The notes: generated by a model from the sequence alone, not told the origin. 64,000 bases of DNA from Candidatus Thermofontivivens primus (GCA_031458695.1 JAVKJW010000001.1:96001-160000); one strand, 5' to 3'. Positions 49,196 through 59,416 are shown, counted from the stretch's first letter. Numbers and translations: made by a program.

Positions 49196-50233
49196 TCATT
49201 CGCGGACGGGAGTGAACCCCCGGATGGCACCAAGGAGCTGCTCTCGCTCTTCCGGTGGGAGGAAGGCTGCCTGCGCAGCCGTCTCCAAGAGGGAAAGGAT
49301 CTCCTCGCGGGTTAACCCAAAGGCCTTGCGGGCAAACTGGAGCTCGCGTGTGAGATCGATCCCAAGCAGGAGCGGATCGTCGCTATTGATGGTGATGGGA
49401 ACTCCGGCTTCTAGGAAGCGCCGCAGGGGGTACGCTTCCTGGCTCACCAGCCCAAGACGCAGGTTGCTGGTGGGACAAAGTTCCAAGGTGATGCGCTGCT
49501 CTCGAAGGACCTCCACAAGGGAAGGGTCCTCTGCCGCGCGAAGGCCGTGGCCGATGCGGGTTGCTCCCAGGTGGTAGATCGCTGTCCAGATGCTCGCCGG
49601 CCCTGCAAATTCGCCGGCGTGCACAGTTACGCCGAGCCCCCCCTCTCTCGCGATGCTGGAGGCTCTGGAAAAGAGGGCAGGTGGGTAATTCGCCTCATCT
49701 CCAGCAAGGTCGAACCCGACAACCCCGTACTCCTGCAGTGATACAGCTTCCTCTGCAAGCCTCGTCGCTTCCTCCGGCCCGCGTTCGCGGACGGCCGTAA
49801 GGATAATCCCACATCGGACACCCAACATCTCTTTGGCTTTACGGCAGGCGGCATAGATGGACTCTACGACACCACGCACCCCCAGCAGGCTGAACGCCCG
49901 ACGCCCTCCCACACGGAGCTCCAGGTAACGGACGTTCTGCCTGTGCGCTTCTTCAAGAAGCTCCCAAGCAACCTGTTGAAGGTTTTCGGGAGTGTACAGG
50001 GAATCTGGGATAACCCCTGCACGGCCCAAGTAGCGAACCCTCCGGAGGCGGTCATACCCCGTGAACTTCATGGGGTCGGCGACGAGGTGAGGAGCAACGA
50101 CAGGTGGGTCTCCTCTCGCGTTCTGCCTTTCCAAAAGCCGGCGGAGGCGTAACGAGGTCTCCAGATGTACATGCAACTCGACCTTCGGGATCCGCGAGAT
50201 GAACGCATGATCGGGGTGAGGTTCGCTGGACAT
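49196..50233 (-). CDS. add: Adenosine/adenine deaminase family protein
   Basis: PKVELHVHL, GFDLAGDE, HAGE, RIGHG, CPTSN, NSDDP. Confidence 0.85.
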   Translation of the reverse strand: MSSEPHPDHAFISRIPKVELHVHLETSLRLRRLLERQNARGDPPVVAPHLVADPMKFTGYDRLRRVRYLGRAGVIPDSLYTPENLQQVAWELLEEAHRQNVRYLELRVGGRRAFSLLGVRGVVESIYAACRKAKEMLGVRCGIILTAVRERGPEEATRLAEEAVSLQEYGVVGFDLAGDEANYPPALFSRASSIAREGGLGVTVHAGEFAGPASIWTAIYHLGATRIGHGLRAAEDPSLVEVLREQRITLELCPTSNLRLGLVSQEAYPLRRFLEAGVPITINSDDPLLLGIDLTRELQFARKAFGLTREEILSLLETAAQAAFLPPEEREQLLGAIRGFTPVRE

Positions 50234-50294
50234 CCCTGCCCCCTTTCTCACGGTTTTTTGCTGTCATTATATCACAACGCAAGGGAGGGAGGAT

Positions 50295-53200
50295 CTACCC
50301 GGAAGCGGGCCGGACATACCGATCTCCATCGCAATAGAACCCAACCTCCCTCAAGGCCTCAGCAATGGGGCTTTCGGTAACAGGACTTCCCGCCCACGTC
50401 TCGATCTCGATGCGGGAAGGGCCGCGAGGCCTGTGGAGCAAGCTCGTCAGGCCCTCCGCGACCCGGAGAAGGGTCCTGCGGTCAAGCCCCGCAAGAGGTA
50501 AAATCTTCCTCCCCAAAGCTTCTACGGCAAGCACAGGCCTGCCACCGACGAGGATCAGGTAGTTCGACGCGAGACGGGGAAGACGGTGAAAACCCCCTGG
50601 CAGAGGGAACCCCCAGACCCCATAAGGATTCGCTGGATCGCATGCATGCATCAGGAAAATCTCGTCCTCCTCTTGCCGAGACTCCCGAAGCATTTCCACG
50701 GCTTCAGGAAGCGCGTACTGAACCCCGGAGAGACCCTGCACGAAGTAACCGCGGCGCGCCTCGCCGCGGAGTTCCATACGGTGGAGCGCCCGGCGGATCT
50801 CCTGCCAAGCGACCAAGCCTTCCTCCCGACGATGCCACTCCCGAACAACAACCCCGTATCTGTTGAGGAGCTGGCGGGCATGAAGGGAAGCAAGTTCGTC
50901 CGGAGGCCGCACAGGACCGAGCAGGCCAGGCCTGTGGATGAGGGACCACCGTCCTGACCGGCGCACCACCCTCCGCCGCACCGTACGACGCGTTTCCCTT
51001 TGGCGCCGGAACGATGCAATGGGCCAGCGTGCAGGGTCCTCGGGAGAGAACGGACGGGGTGTGGTGAACTTTCCAAGCTCCTCTGTAACCTCTAAGCTAT
51101 CGTTGGTTACAAGCCCAAGGCTGGCCAGTTCCACGAGGGCAGCGAGGAGGGCCTCGCTGGAAAGTCCGGTCCCCTCCTCGAGGTCGGTGAAGAAAGAGGC
51201 ACCGTGTGCCAAAAGATGATCCCGGACTGCCCGGGCCTCCCGGGATAAGGCTTCCTCTCCCACAGAAGGATCTGAGAGAAAGATCCCTCCCTCCCCGCGG
51301 AAGAGGAAGGCGATCGTATCCACACCCCCTCTCCCCACCCAAGCGACCTCCCCGGTCCGCGTGAGTTCTAGAACCCACCGCTCATCGAACCCCTCCACCC
51401 TCGCCGGGAGCACATCGCGCAACCAGACAACGAGGGGCAGGGAAATACCCTGCAACTGGTGGAGGACCCTCCGCACCCCCTCCTGTCCAGAAAGCCTATG
51501 AGAGGGGTGGAGGTGTTGCCAGCGCATGAGGAAACGGGCGTAGACCTCGGGAGGACACGGCTCGACCTCACGCCTGAGGATGGCGAGGGTTCGCCGGTAG
51601 ATCCGGGCAAGCACCTCGCGGTCACACCACTGGATTCCGGTTCTCCTGGACAGGAAGGAACCCCGGGCTACCTCCCCTTGGTTCTCAAGCAACTCCAGCA
51701 GGGCTTGGGCTTCTTCCTCGGGAATCCCATAGCGCCTGGCGATCTCCCTCGTCTCCACCGGGCCCCTCGCCTTCAAGAACCGCCGCAGGAGTTGGATCTT
51801 CGCCTCTTTGTCATTGCTGATGAACGCCTGTTCATAGAGCCGCTCGTCCTCCATGGCGATCCAGCGCGATGCACCTTCTTCCGGCAGCCGGAACACCTTC
51901 ACCAGCCCGCGGGTGGCAAGATCACGGATCCAAGCAAGCGCATCTCCCACAGCCCTTGCAGCTATCTCCTCCTCGTCGAGGTCACCTAGCTCACGAAGGA
52001 TTTGGAACAGCTCATCTGGTGAGCGTGCCTTCCATCCCCTGGCCATGTGCTGGAGACGATTTGTAACTTCTTCGACCGCCTCCTGCCTCAGGAGCCCCTG
52101 GACTTGCTTCCTCCCAAGGACCTCTTCGAGGATCTCTCTGCTCACCGCGAGCATCTGGGCCTGGCGTTCTGCTCTTGGGACGTCTCCCTGGTAGAGGTAG
52201 ACGGCTGCGAAGGGAAGCCAGAGGCTTCGTGCAAACGGGGAGGGTGTGTTTCTCTCCACAGCTACTACCTCAATCTTCCCTCGCACGATATCCCTCACGA
52301 CCTGCAGAAGCCCTTCCATGTCCAAGACGTCGCAGAGTGCCTCCCGGTAAGCCTCCAGGAGGATAGGGAAACGCTCAAACTTGCGGGCCAACGCAAGCAG
52401 GTCGCCGGCCCGCAGCCGCACTAGCCAGAGGGGGACCCGTCGCCTGGGGGAGCGCTTTGGAAGGAGCAATGCGCGCTCGGCGCAATGCCGGAAAAGGGCA
52501 GCGAAGAGCGGTGAGTCCACAAGCCCCTTGCGGACGTCCTCCACCACCTCCTCTTCGGAAAGCCGGGTAAAGAGGTCGAGGGAAGGGGGTACATCCGAGC
52601 CAGGCAATCGGAACAGAATTGCTTCGTCGGTGAAGATGCTCTGGACCTCGATCCCGACGGCCTCCTGAATCCTACGCGCCAGCACCATCTCAAGAAGGAC
52701 GTTCACCCGCGCGCCGAAGGGCGTGTGGGCGACGAGGCGCCAGTCTCCCAGCTCATCCTTGAAAAGTTCCAGGACGACGGTGCGGTCTGTGGGAATCGCT
52801 CCCGTCGCCTCGCGCTGCTCTCGGAAATAAGAGACCAAGGCGGCTGCTCCACGCTCGTCCAGGAGGTATTCTTCTCGGAGCCACGCCTCGCACGTGGGGT
52901 CGTCAAGGCGCGCAGAGAGTGCTCGCCGGAAAGCCCCGACTTTCAAGGAGAGCTCGAAGGGACGGGTGTAGGTCTCCCCATGCCAAAAGGGCATCCTTGG
53001 AAGGGCCCCAGGAGCAGGGGAGGCGATCACCCTGTCTGCGCGGATTTCCTCGATGCGCCAGATCTGGGATCCAAGAAGGAAGGCATCCCCGATGCGGCTC
53101 TCGAACACGAACTCCTCCTCCAGCTCCCCAATACGCGTGCCATCGAAGAGCTCCACCGGGTAGTAGCCTCTCTCTGGGATGACGCCGGCGTTGAGGATGG

Positions 53201-54722
53201 CCAGCTGCCGGCTTCCGGGCAAGGAGAGCAGGCGCCCGGTGGAACGATCCCAGATCAAGCGAGGGCGGAGCTCGCGAAACGCCTCAGAGGGGTAGCGTCC
53301 TGCCAGCATCTCCAGGACGCCCACGTAGAGCTCCCACGAGAGGTCCTCATAGCAGTAGGACTGACGGACCAGACGGTAGAGGGACTCCGCATCCCACTCC
53401 TCTCCTGCGACCATGGCGACGATCTGCTGCGCCAGGACGTCCAGGCAGTTCCGGGGGATCCGCGTCTCCTCCACTTCCCCCTCCCGCATCCCTCTGGCGA
53501 TCACTGCGAGCTCGACGAGGTCATCGAGGAACGTGGCAAATAGCCTTCCCTTGCTCGTGCAGGAGATAAGGTGACCGGAACGCCCAACCCTTTGCATACC
53601 TCGGCTGACCGACTTGGGGGATTGGAGCTGGCAGACGAGGTCGATGGAACCAATGTCGATGCCCAGCTCTAAGGTTCCCGTAGCCACAATAGCGGGGAGC
53701 ACACCGGCCTTCAGTGCTTCCTCTATGGCCAGCCTGGCTTCTCGAGTGATGGAGCCGTGGTGGGCACGGGCGATGGAGATGCTCGGATCACCCATGTATG
53801 CTTGTGCCAGTTCATTCAACCGTTTTGAGATTTTCTCAGCCACGGAACGGGCGTTGGTGAAGATCAACGTCGTCCGGTGCTGGCGAATGAGTTCGAAAAG
53901 CTGGTGGCTCACCTCCGGCCACACCGTTCCTTCTGGAAGTGATCGGAAGTCCTCGACGGGACAGATTACCTGGAGGTCTGCCTCCCTGCGCATCCCGGCA
54001 TCCACGATTGTGACTGGGCGCGGGTGGAGGCGTTCCCCTCCTTGCTCCCACGTTTGCCCGCCCAGAAACCTGGCCACAGTTTCAAGAGGCCGTTGGGTTG
54101 CCGAAAGCCCGATCCTCTGGACCTCACGGCCGATTCGGTGGACAAGGTGCTCGAGGGTGATGGAGAGGTGAACCCCACGCTTGTTGTCGCAGAGGGCATG
54201 GATCTCGTCAATGATCACTGCCTGGACGGCTCGGAATAGCTCCCGGGATCTTTCTGCTGTGAGCATGAGGAAGAGAGACTCCGGGGTGGTAATTAAGATG
54301 TGCGGTGGACGCCGGATCATCTCCTGGCGCTGGCGCTCGGTGGTGTCGCCGGTACGCACGGCCACACGGAGGGCTGGCCAGCTCAACCCCTCTTTTGCGG
54401 CCAGCTGTCGGATCCCAGCGAGGGGAACCCGCAGGTTCCTCTCAATGTCGTTGTTCAGGGCCTTCAGGGGAGAGATGTACAAGATGCGTATCCCGGGAGG
54501 CGCAGGGTCACCTTCTGAGAACAGCTGGTTCAACCCCCAAAGGAACGCTGCAAGGGTCTTCCCCGATCCCGTCGGGGCCAGGATAAGTGTGTGCTCACCT
54601 TTGGCGATGGGAGGCCAGCCCAGGGACTGTGCCGGAGTGGGGCCTGGAAATGTCCCCAGGAACCACCTCTGGACAATAGGGTGGAACAGTGCAAGGACTT
54701 CCAGGTCCTTCTCTTCTCCCAT
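50295..54722 (-). CDS. lhr: Full-length Lhr helicase with C-terminal domain
   Basis: APTGSGKT, SPLKALNND, TTPES, DEIH, GLSAT, HHGS, LELGID, QRVGRSGH; C-terminal RRGYFV.GL.G.QYA and DPANPYG. Confidence 0.95.
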   Translation of the reverse strand: MGEEKDLEVLALFHPIVQRWFLGTFPGPTPAQSLGWPPIAKGEHTLILAPTGSGKTLAAFLWGLNQLFSEGDPAPPGIRILYISPLKALNNDIERNLRVPLAGIRQLAAKEGLSWPALRVAVRTGDTTERQRQEMIRRPPHILITTPESLFLMLTAERSRELFRAVQAVIIDEIHALCDNKRGVHLSITLEHLVHRIGREVQRIGLSATQRPLETVARFLGGQTWEQGGERLHPRPVTIVDAGMRREADLQVICPVEDFRSLPEGTVWPEVSHQLFELIRQHRTTLIFTNARSVAEKISKRLNELAQAYMGDPSISIARAHHGSITREARLAIEEALKAGVLPAIVATGTLELGIDIGSIDLVCQLQSPKSVSRGMQRVGRSGHLISCTSKGRLFATFLDDLVELAVIARGMREGEVEETRIPRNCLDVLAQQIVAMVAGEEWDAESLYRLVRQSYCYEDLSWELYVGVLEMLAGRYPSEAFRELRPRLIWDRSTGRLLSLPGSRQLAILNAGVIPERGYYPVELFDGTRIGELEEEFVFESRIGDAFLLGSQIWRIEEIRADRVIASPAPGALPRMPFWHGETYTRPFELSLKVGAFRRALSARLDDPTCEAWLREEYLLDERGAAALVSYFREQREATGAIPTDRTVVLELFKDELGDWRLVAHTPFGARVNVLLEMVLARRIQEAVGIEVQSIFTDEAILFRLPGSDVPPSLDLFTRLSEEEVVEDVRKGLVDSPLFAALFRHCAERALLLPKRSPRRRVPLWLVRLRAGDLLALARKFERFPILLEAYREALCDVLDMEGLLQVVRDIVRGKIEVVAVERNTPSPFARSLWLPFAAVYLYQGDVPRAERQAQMLAVSREILEEVLGRKQVQGLLRQEAVEEVTNRLQHMARGWKARSPDELFQILRELGDLDEEEIAARAVGDALAWIRDLATRGLVKVFRLPEEGASRWIAMEDERLYEQAFISNDKEAKIQLLRRFLKARGPVETREIARRYGIPEEEAQALLELLENQGEVARGSFLSRRTGIQWCDREVLARIYRRTLAILRREVEPCPPEVYARFLMRWQHLHPSHRLSGQEGVRRVLHQLQGISLPLVVWLRDVLPARVEGFDERWVLELTRTGEVAWVGRGGVDTIAFLFRGEGGIFLSDPSVGEEALSREARAVRDHLLAHGASFFTDLEEGTGLSSEALLAALVELASLGLVTNDSLEVTEELGKFTTPRPFSPEDPARWPIASFRRQRETRRTVRRRVVRRSGRWSLIHRPGLLGPVRPPDELASLHARQLLNRYGVVVREWHRREEGLVAWQEIRRALHRMELRGEARRGYFVQGLSGVQYALPEAVEMLRESRQEEDEIFLMHACDPANPYGVWGFPLPGGFHRLPRLASNYLILVGGRPVLAVEALGRKILPLAGLDRRTLLRVAEGLTSLLHRPRGPSRIEIETWAGSPVTESPIAEALREVGFYCDGDRYVRPASG

Positions 54723-54806
54723 GGGATCTCTCAGCAGCCCCGTCTTCACCTACACAACGCAGAGCGTCATGCGAGAACCCCTTTTCAAGGAGGGCCCTGA
54801 AAAAAT

Positions 54807-55706
54807 CTAATGAAGCGTCTTCCCCTCTGGTCCGGGGACCTCGGTATACCAAGCGCTAAGGCGCGCGAAGCTGAGGAGCGGGGGAAGCAGCCACCGGATA
54901 TTCGTCAGAGCCCGATCGGGAGCAATGAAGCCACTCGCAGTCATGAACTGCCAGCGTGTTTCCACCATCAGGGCCATCTGGAGCGCAAGTTCCATGGTGA
55001 TCAGCCCGGCGTCTGCAAGCGGGAAGAAAACCTGCCACCTGCGGTTGGGCCTGGGAATGTCAAAAGAAAGGAGCATGGCCTTCGCGATCCCTGTCACTGC
55101 GCCCGCTGCGTTCATGAAAAGACCGATCGCTTGCCCCACTCGTTCCGGATCGCGGCTTGTTGCCTCTACATCCCTCGTCATTTGCTCCAGGAGAGGAAAG
55201 GAGGTCAGCACCCGTGCCAACCGCCATCCGATGCGCAAGGGATCAAGGGAACGTGGGGGTTGTGGCAGAATGTGGACGGCGGCGCTCCCAGCCTGAAATG
55301 GCAAGTTCCTAGCTTGAAGGATGGCCATCCGCGCCTCCTCAAGCATGGCTTGCCGTTCCTCCTCAACCCGCGATCGGGCAATCTGGATGAACGCCTCTCT
55401 CTCCTTAGGGGAATTCTCTACGATCAGGGTCCCGCTCGAGAGGATCTCGTAGATGACCGGCAGGATATGAATGTTCAGGGCAATAGGGAGAAGGATCCCA
55501 GGATTTCCCCCAAGGGGGAGAGCTCCTGGAAGGCGTTCGAGATAGGCCGAGATCTCATCGGGGCCGAGTTCATCGCGGAACAGCAAGGCAACCTCAATAT
55601 CCGTATCGGGCCACGTCCGCTCATCCGCGTAGCGACCGTAGAGGTAGACCGCAACGATGTCCATTTCTTTCGAGAAGAACGCCTTCAATGCTTCGATCGC
55701 CTGCAC
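54807..55706 (-). CDS. Fused minimal nucleotidyltransferase (MNT) + DUF86/HepT-like HEPN protein, both sites degenerate
   Basis: N-terminal VAVYLYGRYA...DTDIEVALL...LPVIYEILSSG (MNT pattern). C-terminal P...W.VF..LADAGLIT.ELA..M..MV.TR...IAPD (DUF86 pattern). Confidence 0.7.
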   Translation of the reverse strand: MQAIEALKAFFSKEMDIVAVYLYGRYADERTWPDTDIEVALLFRDELGPDEISAYLERLPGALPLGGNPGILLPIALNIHILPVIYEILSSGTLIVENSPKEREAFIQIARSRVEEERQAMLEEARMAILQARNLPFQAGSAAVHILPQPPRSLDPLRIGWRLARVLTSFPLLEQMTRDVEATSRDPERVGQAIGLFMNAAGAVTGIAKAMLLSFDIPRPNRRWQVFFPLADAGLITMELALQMALMVETRWQFMTASGFIAPDRALTNIRWLLPPLLSFARLSAWYTEVPGPEGKTLH

Positions 55707-55821
55707 GCTCTACATCTCCTGATCGCTGGTTTCATGAAACCTCCTAGGCCCATAGTACTCCAGCGAACTCGCTCGGGGCAAGTACAGAAATCTTTGCAGG
55801 AATTTCCCTTCCCGCGGCGAA

Positions 55822-55844
55822 TAGTTCATCTACAAAACGAACTA
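55822..55844. promoter_or_regulatory. Candidate ROK-family operator
   Basis: TAGTTC-N11-GAACTA inverted repeat 9 bp before the ROK start codon; AT-rich, XylR-like architecture. Confidence 0.65.
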
Positions 55845-55853
55845 ATTTCTAGA

Positions 55854-57113
55854 ATGCGGAAGAATCTACTGGTAGGAAAACCTCCCCTTCTGCGAGAGCT
55901 GAACCAAAAGGCCATCCTGGAACTCCTGCGGAAAGAAGGACCTCTTTCGCGTACGGCGCTGACAAAGCGTCTCCACCTCAGCAAATCCACAGTCTCCAGC
56001 GTCGTCGCCGACCTCATCGCCCGTGGGCTGATCCACGAGACTGCGGCAGCCCCCTCCCGTGTCGGTCGCAAGGCGAAACTCTTGGACATCGACCCCGATG
56101 CAGGGTTCGTCGTCGGGATCGACCTCGGGGGGACAATGGTTCGAACGGCCGTTGCCGATCTCCGCGGGGAGATCAGGGCCAAACGCAAGGAGTACACGAC
56201 CAAGGCAGGACTCCCTGCCCTGTTGGACCAGCTAGAAGCATCGGCCCGAGAAGTTTTGCTCACTGCAGGCGTCCCCCGCCAGCGTCTTCTCACCGTGGCT
56301 ATCGGCGTACCAGGTGCGGTCCGCCTGGAGGACCGGACCGTGTGGCTCTGCCCGAACCTGCCCGACCTGGAAGGGGTCCCCCTCGCCTCATTGCTGGAGA
56401 GCCGCTTCGGCGTTGAAGTACTCCTGGACAATGATGTCAATATGGCTGCCATCGGAGAGAAATGGCGCGGGTGCGCGCGAGATGTCCAAAACTTCGCCTT
56501 CTTGGCCATTGGGACGGGACTTGGGATGGGGTTGATCGTGGGAGGCGAGTTGTACAGAGGGACCCATGGATTCGCTGGGGAGCCTGGTTATATCCCGATT
56601 CCCATGAACGGTAGGTGGAAGAAACTCGAAGACGTGGTCACAGGTCCTGGTATTGTGAACTTGGCCAAGCAAGCTCTCCTTCGGGCCAACACTCCCACCG
56701 TCCTCCTCGGGCAAGAGGAACTTACATCCCCCGAGATCTTCCAAGCTGCACGGGCTGGAGACCCTCTCGCTTCCCAGATTGTAGATGAGGTCGCCCGGCA
56801 CATCGCCTGGGGAATCGCTGTGATCAGCGTCATCGCGGATCCGAGCCTCGTTGTCCTAGGTGGTGGAGTCGGGGACAATCCCGATCTCCTCCTGCCCCGT
56901 ATCCAGAAGTTCCTCCGCGAGCTCGCCCCATTCACACCGGAAGTGAAGACGACTGCCCTTGGTGGCGAGGCAGCCCTCCTGGGGGCCATCGCTACAGCTC
57001 TCCGCTCAGGGCGGATGTCCCTCTATGCCCCCCATCGCCGCGAGAGAACCCTCCCATCCCCGACCAGCAAGGCCGGACCGGCTCCCAGTTCTCCCGAGGA
57101 GGTATCGGTATGA
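55854..57113 (+). CDS. ROK family transcriptional regulator
   Basis: HTH LRELNQKAILELLR...LSKSTVS, VGIDLGGT, NDVNMAAIGE, GTGLGMG, GFAGE. Start taken at MRKN, not the 767-aa ORF start. Confidence 0.93.
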   Translation: MRKNLLVGKPPLLRELNQKAILELLRKEGPLSRTALTKRLHLSKSTVSSVVADLIARGLIHETAAAPSRVGRKAKLLDIDPDAGFVVGIDLGGTMVRTAVADLRGEIRAKRKEYTTKAGLPALLDQLEASAREVLLTAGVPRQRLLTVAIGVPGAVRLEDRTVWLCPNLPDLEGVPLASLLESRFGVEVLLDNDVNMAAIGEKWRGCARDVQNFAFLAIGTGLGMGLIVGGELYRGTHGFAGEPGYIPIPMNGRWKKLEDVVTGPGIVNLAKQALLRANTPTVLLGQEELTSPEIFQAARAGDPLASQIVDEVARHIAWGIAVISVIADPSLVVLGGGVGDNPDLLLPRIQKFLRELAPFTPEVKTTALGGEAALLGAIATALRSGRMSLYAPHRRERTLPSPTSKAGPAPSSPEEVSV

Positions 57114-58081
57114 GCCCGGAGGGTAACGCTTCCATCGAGGAGCGTCTTGGGGTGCGTGTCTTCGACTTCCACGCGCACTTCCCCCACCCCGAAGACGACC
57201 CGTGGGGCGAGTGGGGACGTGCGTATGCCTCCCGGTATGGAGAGGCGAAATGGCGGATTCTGAAGGAGAAGAACTTTCAGGCGCAGGTACGCTGGTGGAA
57301 ACGATGGGGGTTCCCGCTACCGGAGGATCCTCCAGCCCCTGTGGAGATCCAAATCGCCCGCTGGATCAGTGAGGTCGAGCGGTATGGCCTCGAGGGAATC
57401 GTCTTCCTCACGGGAGGGGGCAACGAGAACCTAAGCGCAGTGGTACGGCGCCACCCACGGTTCTATGGCTTCGCCCACCACGATCCCTTTCTGCCTAACG
57501 CGAGAGAGGAGCTCTACCGCGCAGTGAAAGAGCTTGGGCTTTGCGGGTACAAGATCCTCGCCCCAGCACTCAAAGGACCCATCGACGACACACGCCTTCA
57601 CCCTGTGTGGGAAGCGGTGGAAGAGCTGGAGATTCCCGTCCTGGTCCATTTCGGACCCCTCAATGGTGGAGGGGGGATCGGCTGGTCAGAGAACATCAAC
57701 CCCCTCCGCCTCCACGACATTGCCAAGGCCTTTCCCGCCATCCCCTTCATTGTTCCCCACTTCGGCTGTGGCTATCCTACAGAGCTCCTGCACCTCTGCT
57801 GGGCGTGTGAGAACGTCTACGTGGATACCTCCGGGAACAACGAATGGATGCGCTGGATGGTCCCTGCGCTGACCCTGGAGGATCTCTTCCGGAGGTTCCG
57901 GGAGACCGTGGGAGCGGAGAGGATCATCTTTGGGACAGACTCCGCCCACTTCCCCCGCGGTTTCGTCGTCCGCTACCTTGAGGAGCAGCTTCGCGCGGCG
58001 CGATCTGTAGGATTTACCGAGGAAGAGATCCAGATGGTCTTCCGGGAGAACGCACGCAGGTTACTCAAACTGCGGGAATAG
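57110..58081 (+). CDS. Amidohydrolase-2 family metalloenzyme
   Basis: DFHAH, GYKIL, VLVHFG, PHFG, YVDTSG, IFGTDS. Confidence 0.88.
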   Translation: MSPEGNASIEERLGVRVFDFHAHFPHPEDDPWGEWGRAYASRYGEAKWRILKEKNFQAQVRWWKRWGFPLPEDPPAPVEIQIARWISEVERYGLEGIVFLTGGGNENLSAVVRRHPRFYGFAHHDPFLPNAREELYRAVKELGLCGYKILAPALKGPIDDTRLHPVWEAVEELEIPVLVHFGPLNGGGGIGWSENINPLRLHDIAKAFPAIPFIVPHFGCGYPTELLHLCWACENVYVDTSGNNEWMRWMVPALTLEDLFRRFRETVGAERIIFGTDSAHFPRGFVVRYLEEQLRAARSVGFTEEEIQMVFRENARRLLKLRE

Positions 58082-58174
58082 CAGTCTCCAAGGTCTCAAC
58101 GGAGATCATGAACGAGGCTAGAGCATCGCGAAGGCCATGCAGACCTAAAGACAAAGAGAGGAGGGGAAGAAGGA

Positions 58175-59416
58175 ATGCGGTGGACACGTGTACTTGCCGT
58201 GGTTGTGGCTTCCGTAGTAGCCATCACCGTTGTCTCCTTAGGCAGTGTGATGGTAGGTGCCCAGCCCAAGGTCACCATTGTTCACTGGCAGCACTTTCAC
58301 GAGGGCCGGGCTACAGCATTAAAAGCGCTCATCCCAGCATTCCAGGGAGAGACTGGTATCGCTGTTGTCACAGATCTCCCGCCTTACGAGCAGTACTTCG
58401 ATAAGCTCCTTGCCGCCCTGGCTGCTGGGACCGGGCCCGATGTTTTCCAGGTTCCCATGGAGATGGCCGAGCAGCTCATAAACGGCGGCTACCTCGCTCC
58501 CGTCCCTGAAAGTGTGGCCACGACGGCAGAGATCGAAGGGCGGTACCTCCGTTGGACGACCGCCCGGTTCAAGCGGGGAGGGAAGTACTACGGTCTCCCG
58601 ACCGATGTCCAGCACTTGGTCCTGTACATCAATAACGACCTAGCGAGGGAAGCGGGGCTCGATCCAACAAAGCCTCCCAAGACTTGGGATGAACTGATCG
58701 CTCAGGCGCGCAAAGCCACAAAGCGCGACGCCCAGGGAAACATCATCCAGGCGGGTCTGGACACTCGCTATAAGTGGGCGGTCTATACGGCCCTCCTCTA
58801 TCAGTTTATCGAGGGTCCCGTCATCGACGCCGTGGCGAAGCGGGCGACCTATGATAGCCCGCAAGGCATCGCCGCCTGGAAAGTCGTGGAGCAGCTCCTA
58901 AGAGGGCCAAACGCCGTGGACTCCCCCCGATTCATGCCCGGGCAGCGCAAGTTCGAACTCAAACGGGCTGTCTTCTACATCAACCACCCCGTCGCACGCA
59001 GCGTCATCGCCCGCATCGGGCCAGACATCAAGTACACCATCGCGACGGTCCCTGCGATCAAAGGAAAACGCCCCATTGCGCCAGGCCACCACTGGGCTTA
59101 TGTGGTGAACGCAAGGTCGAAGAACCAGGAAGCCGCTTGGCGGTGGGTGAAGTATTTGGCTTCAGAGCGGGCAGTACGCACGTGGATGCGGGTAGCCGGG
59201 GATCTGCCGTCTATTACAGAACTACTGCCCGCGGAGCCTGATCCCGTCGTGCGGGAGTCGGTGAAGCTCGTGCGCCCTGTCGATTACGTAGGGGTCTGCG
59301 ATCCCATCCGGAATGACCTGTTCGATGCCATTGCCCTCACCACCCGGCCTGTTGAGGATCTGGTTCGGGAGGCAGTACAGAAGGAGAACACGTGCGTCCA
59401 GCAGGCGCTAAGGTAA
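58175..59416 (+). CDS. Carbohydrate ABC transporter substrate-binding protein
   Basis: Signal peptide, AGTGPDVF, KYYGLP, LYIN.DL..EAG, PKTWDEL, EAAWRWVKYL. Confidence 0.92.
   Translation: MRWTRVLAVVVASVVAITVVSLGSVMVGAQPKVTIVHWQHFHEGRATALKALIPAFQGETGIAVVTDLPPYEQYFDKLLAALAAGTGPDVFQVPMEMAEQLINGGYLAPVPESVATTAEIEGRYLRWTTARFKRGGKYYGLPTDVQHLVLYINNDLAREAGLDPTKPPKTWDELIAQARKATKRDAQGNIIQAGLDTRYKWAVYTALLYQFIEGPVIDAVAKRATYDSPQGIAAWKVVEQLLRGPNAVDSPRFMPGQRKFELKRAVFYINHPVARSVIARIGPDIKYTIATVPAIKGKRPIAPGHHWAYVVNARSKNQEAAWRWVKYLASERAVRTWMRVAGDLPSITELLPAEPDPVVRESVKLVRPVDYVGVCDPIRNDLFDAIALTTRPVEDLVREAVQKENTCVQQALR

Noticed and set aside
54810..55853. 767-aa ROK fusion protein
   Set aside because: The first 348 codons are the antisense shadow of the MNT-HEPN gene plus intergenic DNA.
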